Assembly: GCA_032718475.1 (NCBI GenBank)
Contig: JAUCBJ010002767.1
Location: 1-35,319 of the forward strand
Direction of reading: 5' to 3'
From: Nemertoderma westbladi
Taxonomy: Eukaryota > Animalia > Xenacoelomorpha
DNA: 35,319 nt
Both the position numbers and the translations under genes were made by a program. This document shows positions 1 to 10,501 of this stretch, piece after piece (the first letter of the stretch is position 1; every line of letters starts with the position of its first letter). The notes under the pieces were generated by a model. The model searched no databases. It worked only from the letters and a program-made list of their open reading frames with translations, and was not told the DNA's origin.

Positions 1-1084
1 ACATGTATTCTGGGGCTGAAACTCTAGCTGCATAATCATTTGACAACAACCTTCAAAATATTTATTATGTAGTTGTGGTTTGTAATGCCTTGGCCATTCT
101 CTGAATGAAACTTTTACTGGTACAGTCCGGTAAATCCGCCTCAAGGATGTTTCCGAATTAGTTACCATACAATCTGAACAAGATCAAATAAAGCAAATCT
201 ACGATGGAATACAAAAGAGAGTTCCATGGCAACAAATATAAACATCTACAATCTAGAAACATCGCAGTTACGATACTGGCCCGTTCGACATGGTATTTTC
301 GTTCATATCGCCGCGAGTTATTCAAAAATTAAATCGTATCAAATTTGGCATGAAACACTCTATACTATAATTCAGTACAATTTTAGTTACTTTCAGTTTT
401 AATAATTTTATATAAGCTGTTGATGCATATATTTTTTGATCTGCCAGCTCTATAATAACCGGTATTGAAGATGCTTACAGTGATACCTACTGTATTAAAC
501 TGCTTTATTGATTTAAGACAGTATTCATACTGTACACACTGTACAGTAGGCAATAGGCATACTGCAGTACTGTACATCAATGAAAGAGGCATCGTGCATA
601 GTAAAAGAAAAGGGATGGTAAAAATGGTATAAACTTATTCAGGAACAGTAGCAGGATAAAAAGTATAGGAGTAAACATTGAGAACCCTGCCATAACCGCC
701 TTAGTGATAAATTATTAATTTTTTTGCCATGTAATTTTCCCAATAGTCCAAAAGTAACGATGATATTTTTTTGTATATGTAATAACTGGAGTGTTTAACT
801 ATAATGGAAAATATTTTTATTTTCTTTCCATTATCTAATTCCCCACTCTTAAGTGTAAGCAAGCGCGATATGAAGATGTAAAATGCGTCCTAACGAATGT
901 ACATAATATACAATATTCAATAAATGTTTTAAAGGCAACTTGGGAATCAGAGTGGAAGGGTTTACTGTGGAAGATCACCCATGGTGGTGAACAGGCATTC
1001 CTTGGTTTAACGAGCCTAAAAGATTCTCCCATTCATAAATATTTTGAGTTTGCAGCTATACTGTTATATAGAGTAGACTCAGAC

Positions 1085-1410
1085 ACTTGTTACTTTATGC
1101 GATTCTGTTAACATTATTTGATACCGGTTACCTTAAGGTAGACTCTTATCTATATCGCAACTTTATGTGATACCGATTACTTATGGAAGTGTAACTTTAT
1201 GTAATAGCGTTTGCTTTATATGATACCTATTACTTTATGGAAGTGTTACTTTATGTAATAGCGTTTGCTTTATATGATACCTATTACTTTATGGAAGTGT
1301 AACTTTATGTAATAGCGTTTGCTTTATATGATCCCTATTACTTTATGGAAGTGTAACTTTATGTAATAGCGTTTGCTTTATATGATACCTACAGTATTAC
1401 TTTATGGAAT
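1085..1410. repeat. 54-bp minisatellite (~4 near-perfect copies from 1181, with degenerate copies before)
   Basis: TTATGGAAGTG... recurs at 1181, 1235, 1289 and 1343 (period 54); the unit is built from shorter CTTTATG/CTTTATA sub-repeats. Confidence 0.9.
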
Positions 1411-2492
1411 AACAATTAGAATCAAATTTATTAACAAAAAATATTTATATTTATTAAAATAACATATTTATAATATTTATAACATTATATTCAATATACA
1501 GAAAATAAACCGAATATTCAGTTTCTATTTTCCATAAGTTTTTACATTAAATATATTTCATGGAGTTTATAACACCAGTAGTAGTAGTAGGGAAAATCTT
1601 GCCGTCTATAAAATTGTTTTTGAACATTAAATTGTTTGCATGGAGTGAACGGAGATGCCCTTGTTAGAGAAGGCCATATATCGAGCATGAAGAATAGGGC
1701 AAATATAAGTCTGCTGGACAGACAGCAATGAATTGGGCAGCCGGCCTTCGGCGATATTGATTAGTGATGTAAATTAATAGGTGGGGAGTGCCCTTTGCCC
1801 CACTTATTCGGGACATCAATTCGGGTTAGTGTATATTTATCTTTGAATATGAAGCACTGGAAGCAACATTAAGGGTACTCTTTCTCTTACTTCCTTCCTT
1901 TGCTTTTACATTCAAGGCAAGGTGGACTCCACACTAACTCCCACGGATGAACACAGTGGGTGATCTCATATACATATTACATAGTGTGCTGTGCGAGGGC
2001 CGTACACATTTTTTGCATTACGAACAATATTTATTAATCCTTAATCCTTCATCGTGATCAGCGACCTCGAAAACCCATATACGTTCAGAATTATCAAACC
2101 AAACACAAAAGTTTTTAGTTTGACATTTTTTTACTTATACGTTTCGTCCTGGGCGACCAAAATAGCACCAAAAATTGCATTGCCAGAAAATATTTTAACG
2201 CTTTTATATTTTATTTTACGCTTTTGCACAATGAGGTGAATGTAGGTAGGGAAATATAGAACAGATAATGCGATGGATGGGAAAACGGCAGGCCGTGATA
2301 TGAGTTGTGCAACTAACAACAAGTGGTTGGTCATGATACCTGAGTAAGCAATAATTCTTACAAAGATAAAGGGAACACCTCTTGAAATTAATAGAAAATA
2401 GAAAATAATAGATTCACATTAGGTTCACACGATCGAAAGCTTTAATAGCGTCGAGCATGTGACAATCCCATAGTATACTGTACGTTAATTGA

Positions 2493-2681
2493 AAGACTAT
2501 TTGCATATTTTCCTCTGGTTATCAAATCAGCTGGGTTTTCTTCTCCATTACAGTGATAATAATGGACATTTGGCAACCGCAATTTGATTCGTTAAATTCT
2601 TGAGGATATAAACCTGACCCAATTATTGGGATTTTTAATCCAATGACAAACAATAGTCGAGTCTGTCCAACATACTCGGAT
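2493..2681 (-). pseudogene. BEL/Pao RNase H fragment
   Basis: Manual translation gives IRVCWTDSTIVCHWIKNPNNWVRFISSRI*RIKLRLPNVHYYHCNGEENPADLITRG, containing the WTDS...NPAD..[ST]RG signature of BEL/Pao RNase H. Confidence 0.88.
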
Positions 2682-2693
2682 CATACTCGGATT

Positions 2694-2900
2694 TTATTCA
2701 ACAGTCTTACCTTTGAGAGTATCTCTAACCGCGTTTAGTTTGGGGATGCCTTCATCTATTGTAGTTATTTGTGTCCCGATGTCATCGATTAAACTTGCAC
2801 CTTTCTTTATTAACTTTGTAATGGATGACTTCACACCTCGGAGTTTATTCAAATATCTGCTCAATTCTTCGGCGCCATCGTCATCTTTACCTTTTACCAT
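2694..2900 (-). pseudogene. BEL/Pao gag N-terminal fragment
   Basis: ORF MVKGKDDDGAEELSRYLNKLRGVKSSITKLIKK... starts ~50 bp after the primer binding site and is truncated at a deletion junction. Confidence 0.7.
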
Positions 2901-2952
2901 TTTGGCTTATACCCGCAACAACCCACGATAACGACAACAGAAAAAACATCAG

Positions 2953-2970
2953 ATCCGGTTCGAAGGACCA
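2953..2970 (-). promoter_or_regulatory. Primer binding site complementary to the tRNA-Tyr 3' end
   Basis: Minus strand TGGTCCTTCGAACCGGAT abuts the LTR CA end and nearly matches the complement of the eukaryotic tRNA-Tyr 3' end (...CCGGCTCGAAGGACCA). Confidence 0.85.
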
Positions 2971-3238
2971 TGTGGCAGTTCAAGTATATAAAACACTGGT
3001 TCGGTAATTTTCTACAATCCAAAAATGTCTATAATCAAAAACTAAGTAACATATATCAATAATTCTTATACACTCCTAATACTAATACTCATCCTAATAC
3101 TAATATACTTCACCAATATTAAGGCACTAACTCAAAAATGTATATAACCAGCTGTTTGCCTTAACCAACCAATATACATTACATATTACACAATGTAGTC
3201 CTTCAATTAACGTACAGTATACTATGGGGATTGTCACA
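2971..3238 (-). repeat. 5' LTR (268 bp) of the BEL/Pao element
   Basis: Minus strand reads TGTGACAAT...ACTGCCACA and is immediately followed by the primer binding site. Confidence 0.85.
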
Positions 3239-3313
3239 GAGCATGCATGTAAACACAGGATTATTATTTTCTAAATAATAATTTACACCTCTTTAAAGGC
3301 ATTATGCAAAACT

Positions 3314-3807
3314 CTACTACTACGATCGGCATGCTGTATTGCAGCTGCATTATATATATATATATATTACATATATATTAAGAATGCTGTGCCGGCTTGT
3401 CGACAAAATTGCGCCGCCACAACTCCCTATCACCCATGACATTTGCTAGATCATCCGCATCTTCAAGGCCAGTGTCCTTTAAGAAGCGTCTCAAGAAAGT
3501 CATGGGCTGTCCACCATGCTTATTCACTCCATGAGGCTGCCAAAGTACAAGATTATTCACTGGCTGGTCCTCACGGCGAAAGCAATGTCCTGCAAAGCGG
3601 TAGCGGTTCCGTTCACGAGTCAAGCTAGGGGAGATTAATGGAACACCGCAAATGTTTATAGAGTCTGATTGGAGATGTGTTCATTGTACTTGACACAATG
3701 AACTCGGCGCAGCATTCTTGTGAAAGTGTCATCCAGAGATTTGGTTTCCTCTCCAGTTAGAGTCCAGCATGGGACTTTCATATAAGAGTACTGGTATTAC
3801 TGCTGCC
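3314..3807 (-). mobile_element. RTE-like non-LTR retrotransposon 3' fragment (copy 1)
   Basis: ORF 3378-3623 (RFAGHCFRREDQPVNNLVLWQPHG...DTGL...MGDRELW) resembles the C-terminus of the LINE at 13860-16228; (GTA)n tail at ~3314-3323. Confidence 0.75.
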
Positions 3808-4194
3808 ATAACGTCGGTAATTCGACAAAAACCCCTAAGTAGGTTTTTGTAGTTTTGAGAAAAACGAAAAAAACTGAATATTTTAATAAATCTTGAGTAA
3901 TGCGATCTAATTTTAGACTAAATATAATCTAAAATAGCGTATAATATGTTTGGGCACATATTTTTAGAGGCAGATCGCATTTTAGACCATTTAATTTGAT
4001 ATCTGTTGTTTTGCCAGATTGTGAAACAAAATAGTTAGGTTAGAACATACAATTAAGGGGGGTTATCTTTAGCATGTGGGGTTTTATCAGATACAGTCTG
4101 GCCCATTAAATGACTTATTAGTGGGTCTAAGGGTCCAATAAAGCAAAGCTCTTATATTAGAAAGATACAGAATATTACCATTATTTTTATAATT

Positions 4195-4740
4195 ACTACT
4201 TCTACTATCAGCATGCTGCATTGCAACTGCATTATTATGTATTACATATATATTAATAATGCTGTGCCGGCTTGTCAACAAAATTGCGCTGTCACATGAC
4301 ATTTGCTAGATCATCCGCATCTTCAAGGCCAGTGTTTAGATACGCCTCTAACAGGCATCCCAAGAAAGGCATGGGCTGTCCACCATGTTTATTTATTCGC
4401 CAAAGCACAATATTATGCACTGGCTGGTACTCACGGCGAAAGCAATGGAGATGTGTGTGTTCATTATACTTGACACAATGAACCCGGCACATCATTCTTG
4501 TGAAAGTGCCATCCAGAGATTTGGAATCCTCTGCAGTTAGAAGCCAGCACAGACGCCCATATACGAGTACTGGTTCTACTGCTGCTCTAAAGAGAATCGA
4601 ACCTTTAAATTCCGTTTTATTCCACGGGACAGCCCAGACTCCCTATTTTTATAACTGTTTGCGCTGTCTGGATTGTGTTCATCTTGCCACACCTGCTGTT
4701 GGAATCTAATTCATGTTCACCATTCTCCGTTAGCATTGAT
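4195..4740 (-). mobile_element. RTE-like LINE 3' fragment (copy 2; degenerate RT may extend to ~4990)
   Basis: Paralogous to 3314-3807, including the 3' UTR; minus strand reads FRAAVEPVLVYG...SLDGTFTRM...HCFRREYQPV. Confidence 0.72.
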
Positions 4741-5161
4741 TGCTCGTCATTTACCCCGCTATTGATTGCCATAGAATCCGGTAGAGTTTCATACTCAAAT
4801 TGATGCTATGAGAATCCGTAAGCCTAAGAGATAAAACAATCCCGTATTCTCAATTATTATTGTCTCAACACTTTCTACAATTAGCGGCTGAAGTCCGTGC
4901 CATCATCATTATCTGATATTGTTGTTGTAGGCTTCTAAAACAGATAAATCTAGATTCGTCATTGCTTTACCGTGAACATCTTCAGCTACACTCACTAACT
5001 GATTGAACATCACCAGCTAAACTCCATAATTGACCTGCTGCACTGAAACTGGTCATTGAGATGCTGGCCTTTTATATTTATATTTTGCTACCACCATGCA
5101 ATCCACAATTGACAAGCCCAATGCAGGGGATTAAGCCTTAGCATAGTTAATTTGAGAATTA

Positions 5162-5263
5162 AGAATGCTATGCCGGCTTATCTACGAAGATTCACCGCCA
5201 CAACTCCCTATCCCCCATGACTTTCGCGAGACTATTCGCATCTACCAAACCAGTGTCCTTTAA
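5162..5263 (-). mobile_element. RTE-like LINE 3' fragment (copy 3), cut at TTAA by a MITE
   Basis: AGAATGCTATGCCGGCTT...CCGCCACAACTCCCTATC...CCAGTGTCCTTTAA aligns to 3381-3482. Confidence 0.7.
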
Positions 5264-6827
5264 CCCTATTAGTACCGGGCTATAAGATGTTGTACAAATA
5301 CCGGGGGGGGGGGGGGGGTCATATTGACCCCCCCTCTAAAATCTACAAATATTTACGAAAACGTCTGATTTTTTGTTTGTACGTAGGTATCACTTGTCTG
5401 GATCCGAACGAAAAAAAATTTTCGAAAAAATGTACTGGGGTGGTTATAGTGCAGCACCAAAATTACAAGTAGTGCACAATTTTCACCAAATTTGAAAGTT
5501 ACATTTTCGGTTAATTATTTTTCAATACAGGTTTTCTGGGGTGCAAAATACATTGGAAAATATAAAAAAATGATATGATTACTATAAATGGCTGTTTAGT
5601 CCTCTCTGCGTAGGAAAAAAATGAAAAAAACAAGTAACCAGCACTTTTCAGTTAGAAAACAAAATTTTTAATTCACTTATACGATGCTATAAATTCACAT
5701 TTTCAGGTTTTCGAGGGCGCTGATTCTAATGGAATACATTTCTAATATGCCAGATCATTGCTACTTGTATTTTTCGGCGTAATTTGGCAAATTTTGGTGC
5801 TAGCACCAAATTTCGTTCCCATCACCAAAAAGTACAAGTTTGCGATATCCAGTGCTGTTTTTATTGACTCCATCGGATTCAGGACCCTCATAAACCCGTA
5901 TAACGCAAGAAACATGGTGATACTATCTACTTATCAATTTGCATATTTTCCAAAATTTGGTGCTGGCACAACAATTTTCACCCACCGGCGAAAAATACAA
6001 GTTTGAGAACTCTTATGAAATTTTTACTGATTCCATTGAATTCAGAACCATCACAAACCCGTATAACGCAAGAAACAAGGTGACACAATCAATTGATATA
6101 TTTGATGGTTTTCAAAATTTGGTGCTAGCACCACATTTTGCACCCACATCCGAAAAATACAAGTTTGAGAAGTCTAGTTCGATAATTATATTTTCCATTG
6201 AATTCAGAACAGCCATAAACCTATAAAACGCAAGAAATAAATTGTCACAAGCAATTTTATCTATTGAATGGATTTTCAAAATTTCGTGCTAGCACCAAAA
6301 TTTGCACACAGCACCGAAAAATACAAGTTTGATACGCTTGGTGCAACTCGTATATATTTCATCGAATCCAGAACCCCAAAAAACCCCAATTGCGTAAAAA
6401 ACAAGTTTCAAACAATCAATTTACAAAATTGACTTATTTCAAAATTTGGTGCTGGCACCAAAATTTGGCACCACCGAAAAAAACAAGTTTGAAATTTCTA
6501 AATCAATTTATATGAATTCTATCCAATTTCTAACACCAAAAAACCGGTGTAAATCAAAAATAGAGATGTTACAATTCATATTTAATGAAAAGTAATTTTC
6601 AAAAAACGCCTCAATAAAAGTGCCAAAAGTAGGGTTAAAAAATGGTGCTATAACTCGAAAAGTACCCAATATTTTTGAAAACGGTTTTCACTACTAAAAA
6701 GACAATAGATTTTTAGGAAAAGTCAGAAAATTTCAGATTCCCAACTGCGTTAGTTTCAGAATTATAATAAAAAAACCACGGGGGGGGGGGTCATATTGAC
6801 CCCCCCCCCCCCCCGGGTTTAATAGGG
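5264..6827. mobile_element. Non-autonomous piggyBac-like (TTAA) DNA transposon / MITE
   Basis: TTAA at 5260-5263 and 6828-6831. Terminal inverted repeats CCCTATTA(GTA/AAC)CCGGG. The subterminal palindrome G(n)TCATATTGAC(n) occurs at both ends. No transposase. Second copy at 21162. Confidence 0.85.
5770..6560. repeat. ~163-bp tandem repeat x5 inside the MITE
   Basis: Palindromic core AATTT(G/C)GTGCT(A/G)GCAC at ~5796, 5959, 6121, 6285 and 6448 (spacings 162-164). Confidence 0.88.
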
Positions 6828-7612
6828 TTAATGAGTAATTTATTTGGTGACATGTCGTGCGTTGTTTTCTACATGGACAATATCTATGTGGTCACAACGG
6901 AACTAAAGCAACATTTAGAGATACTTCGTGAAGTTTTCCGCCGATTAAAAGTTGCAAAATTAAAACTCCAGCCAAAAAAAAATGTTCATTTTTACAGAGA
7001 AGAGTTGAATTTTTGGGATTCATTGTTGATGAGGATGGCGTACATCCAAGTGAGTCAAAGATAATTGCTGTTAAGAACATGATAGCGCCAACAAATGTTT
7101 CTGAAGTGAGAAAATTTCTGGGTTTGGTCAATACCTATAGACAATTCATAAGGAACTTTAACCTTATTGCTGAACCATTGTATGAACTTACACGGAAACA
7201 AGTCCCATTTATTTGGAGTGATGAACAGGAATTTTCATTCGAAAGTTTAAAGGAAGCCTTAATTAGTGCCCCAGTTCTTGTACACCCTAAAGTTGGTGAA
7301 CCATTCTTTGTCCATTGCGATGCATCTAATCTTGGAGTTGGTGCCGTCATAAGTCAAACAGATAATGCTGGTTTGTTTCACCCAATAGCATTTGCAAGTA
7401 GGAATCTTACTACAAGTGAAAAGAACTATTCCACAATAGAAAAGGAAGCATTGGCAGTTATATTCGCATTGGAACGGTTCCAGTCTTATACTTATGGCGC
7501 TGAAGTACATGTCTTGTCTGATCATGCTCCATTACAATGGCTAATTAATAATAAAACTGCAACTGGTAGACTTGCTCGTTGGCAACTACGACTTCTAGAG
7601 TTTGAAGGATTA
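6828..7612 (+). pseudogene. Ty3/Gypsy pol fragment: RT C-terminal half and RNase H
   Basis: LMSNLFGDMSCVVFYMDNI (degenerate YxDD), frameshift at the A-run near 6975, then RKFLGLVNTYRQFI, HCDASNLGVGAV, YSTIEKEALAV, SDHAPL and GRLARW. Confidence 0.93.
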
Positions 7613-8852
7613 TGTAAAAGCTTCTGTGGGATATAACTGGCCCTTTTGCTTTGCAATCCAGTTCCCCCCCCCCCCCCCCCCAGGCGCTGGAATACTCTAA
7701 AAAGCTCTCTAACTCGAATGATGCAAAGCGACCGGCTGATTGGCTGATTTGTTATACGAGGGGCTCTTTACTATGTTCTATCGGCCAACCAGAGCTATAG
7801 CAGCAGAGTATGCAACCAGGGCAACCGAGCGGAGTGACTCATTTTGTGTGTTGGCCAAGGGCTGCAAAAATCCTGATAGTTCGGCATTTAGATATTCGTG
7901 GAACCTGTGGAATCTGGTGTTCTGCCAATGAGAGCTATTCCTCTCTGTGTAAAAAGATACCTGCAACGGTGTTAGAGTCAGAGAGTGTTTTTGTTACTGT
8001 TGTGTTGTTTCTATCTAGGCCAGGAACACCGGCTCTAGAGTCAATTCGTTTCAGACTTTAGAAGAAACATTAGTAGGCTTAAGATTATAGAGCGTATAAC
8101 TGTTATCGGCTCAATCGGCACATACATTGTCATATCATATCTTAACCTACCGTCTTAATGCTTTTTACTGTTGTCATATTTTGTATTAGTTGGTTGAATA
8201 CTATTTGGAGAACATTTATAAAGAACCCAAATTTCCCAATTTTCTTGATACACTACAGGTTAGAGAGACGGGTTATATATAGCGATTGCGACTTATATTA
8301 TTGTGTATGTAGTGAATTTAATGCTATTTGATAAGCACTACATTGGTCCGTTGCTGTTCTCTTTATATATGATAAAAATCATTGACGGTCGGCAAATTAG
8401 TGGGCAGTATTGTGTGTTACCGGTAGTGTGCATGATTGTGATTGATAACTAAGCATTTCCTAAAGAATGCGCCTCATACGTGAATCATAAGCCTTACCGA
8501 CTTACCGTTGTGGTTAGTATAAGCCATATCTCTGTTTACCTAGATAGAGCGCCACGTCCTAAAGGAACTGTTAATATTTCCCGAAAGTGAATAATATTAG
8601 TCAGAAATTATTTATTAACGATCAATCGAATAATACAATACAGTAAGCTTACACTGCAATAATAATCTAAGCCCTCAGAATCCAGTCTCCCGGGTATATC
8701 CAGCGGGTGAATGGACGCGCACTAGGCTGGCTTCTGCTAATGTTGTGTTTATTGGTATTAAATATTTGTCATCTTCTAAAGTCTATTTATAAACCAAAAG
8801 ACATATAAATTTTGGCAGGTTAAACTGCTAAAGGTCTTCAAAAGCGCGTACA
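7613..8852. mobile_element. Probable solo LTR (1240 bp) inserted in the Gypsy RNase H
   Basis: TGTA...TACA ends and 5-bp TSD GATTA (7608-7612 and 8853-8857). Removing it restores FEGL-KSIKHEKGSSNQVADALSR in frame. No recognisable coding sequence inside. Confidence 0.85.
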
Positions 8853-10232
8853 GATTAAAATCTATCAAACACGAAAAGGGGTCTTCTAATCAAGTGGCAG
8901 ATGCGCTTTCTAGGTTCCCTAGTAATTGTTCATATATGGATGTGTTTGTGCTTGATGAGAGTGAAAATGGGGGATTAAAACAACTTTCGAAAGAGGAACT
9001 CATTCAGCTTCAAGAAGCTGACAGCGAATTTGACCGAATTAATTATCGATTCACTAAAACTGTTGAAGGGATATACACTTATAAATCCAGGTTATTTGTG
9101 CCCAAAGGACTTCGTTCTAAAGTTGTCAAATCTGTTCATGGTTACAATAGTGCTCACCTGGGCTATGAGAAAACGTTATCATTATTATAACGGGAATGCT
9201 ATTGGCCAAATATGAATAAGGAGTTAAAGACTTACTTAAAAAATTGTGATGTGTGTCTTCGCAAAAAAGGTTTTACCACCAGCACCGATGCCACTGCAAT
9301 CCCTACCTGAGGTTACAAGACCTTATGAGCGGGTTGCTATGGATTTCTGTGGCCCTTTCCCAAAGTCTTCTACTGGAAACACTCATTTGCTTGTTGTCGT
9401 AGATCATTTCTCTCGGTTTCTAGATGTGTTCGCAGTAGGAAACACAACTTCAACAACTGTCATTGGATGTTTAATGAAATTGATTAGAAAATGTCAAAAG
9501 CCCCTAGAAATAAAAACCATATTGACAGATCAAGGACGATGCTTTATTTCAAATGAGTTTAAAAACTTTTGTCCCCAACAGAAAATCAACAATACAGTAA
9601 CCAGTCCATACCACCCTCAGTGTAATGGTATGGCAGAGAGGTTGGTCAGAACCATAAAGGACCAAATTAGAGCGCAATTAGTAGAAACTAAAGATGGTAC
9701 TCAAACTTCATGGGACTGTCATATTGATTCATTTGTTTCTACTTACAATCACTCTGTACATAAAAGTCTAGGTTTATCTCCAATGGACGTGGTAAATCAA
9801 GTTCACTCACCTATACCAGCTCTATCCTGGTTGGGAATTATAAATGATAAACCGATTAATCAAGTTAAACTACATAATGTTATCCACAAAACGCGAATCT
9901 TTCGTCGCAGACAACACGAATATCATGACAAGATATACAAAGCTGAAGAGCGGAAATTCTGTGTCGGGGAAAAGGTATGGCGGACACATTTACCTCCAAC
10001 ATCTCCAGGCTTGGCGTCTAGTCTAATACCACGATGGGATGGACCTTACGTTGTAACAGAACATATAGGTCCAGTTAATGTCCGTATTTCGATACCTGAC
10101 AGACCCACGTGGAATCAAGTGATTCACATCGACCATTTGAGACTATGCACACACGTTATCCAGCATTCTCAATTTCCTCGACCAAGAGGTCGTCCACCTA
10201 AGATGAGGGGGGGAAGTGTAGTGACTGATTGA
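8853..10232 (+). pseudogene. Ty3/Gypsy pol fragment: RNase H end and integrase
   Basis: NQVADALSR; HHCC finger (HGYNSAHLG...CDVC) with a stop at 9188-9190 and a frameshift near 9265; DDE core (AMDFCGP, TDQG, YHPQCNGMAER); GPY motif (PRWDGPY). Confidence 0.93.
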
Positions 10233-10388
10233 CCCTTGTTCACTGATTGACCCTTATGAATATTGTGTAACTCTTAGTTGTGTTATATAGCTATATAGGA
10301 AAGCAGTTTACAGGTGACAGTTTAGTTACAGTAACTTGTTTGATTGTATATGTTGTTCGACATTGATTATTATATGTGGCAGTCTACA
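10205..10388 (+). repeat. Polypurine tract (10205-10216) and putative 3' LTR (10217-~10388) of the Gypsy element
   Basis: GAGGGGGGGAAG is followed by TGTAG...; CTACA at 10384-10388 gives a matching inverted end. The right boundary is unconfirmed because no 5' LTR is present. Confidence 0.65.
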
Positions 10389-10501
10389 TACATTACTTAA
10401 TTATTGTGCTGTGTTGTGGCCCCTATATATAATCTATGCTAACTATGGCGAATTAAAATGAATTAATAATAATAATAATATAGTTAACAATAGTAGATTC
10501 G

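Larger units (their letters stand above)
2458..3238 (-). mobile_element. Internally deleted BEL/Pao LTR retrotransposon derivative with inverted termini
   Basis: TG...CA ends and 5-bp TSD GAGCA (2453-2457 and 3239-3243). On the minus strand it contains an LTR, a tRNA-Tyr primer binding site, a gag N-terminus and a BEL-type RNase H fragment. Confidence 0.88.

Noticed and set aside
1690-2010. GC-richer patch considered as an HDV-like or hammerhead ribozyme, or a SINE
   Set aside because: I could not build the required pseudoknot or a CUGANGA/GAAA core by eye; it needs an Infernal scan.
383-2334. Short ORFs or possible exons at the window start
   Set aside because: No recognisable domain and no convincing splice structure by eye.
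5758-6226. ORFs in the MITE repeats (also 21672-21999)
   Set aside because: Translations of the non-coding 163-bp repeat with no transposase motifs.
5770-6560. CRISPR-like palindromic repeats with spacers
   Set aside because: The intervening sequences are homologous to each other, the context is eukaryotic, and there are no cas genes.
7740-8061. ORFs within the 1240-bp insert
   Set aside because: Short, overlapping on both strands and lacking motifs; consistent with non-coding LTR sequence.
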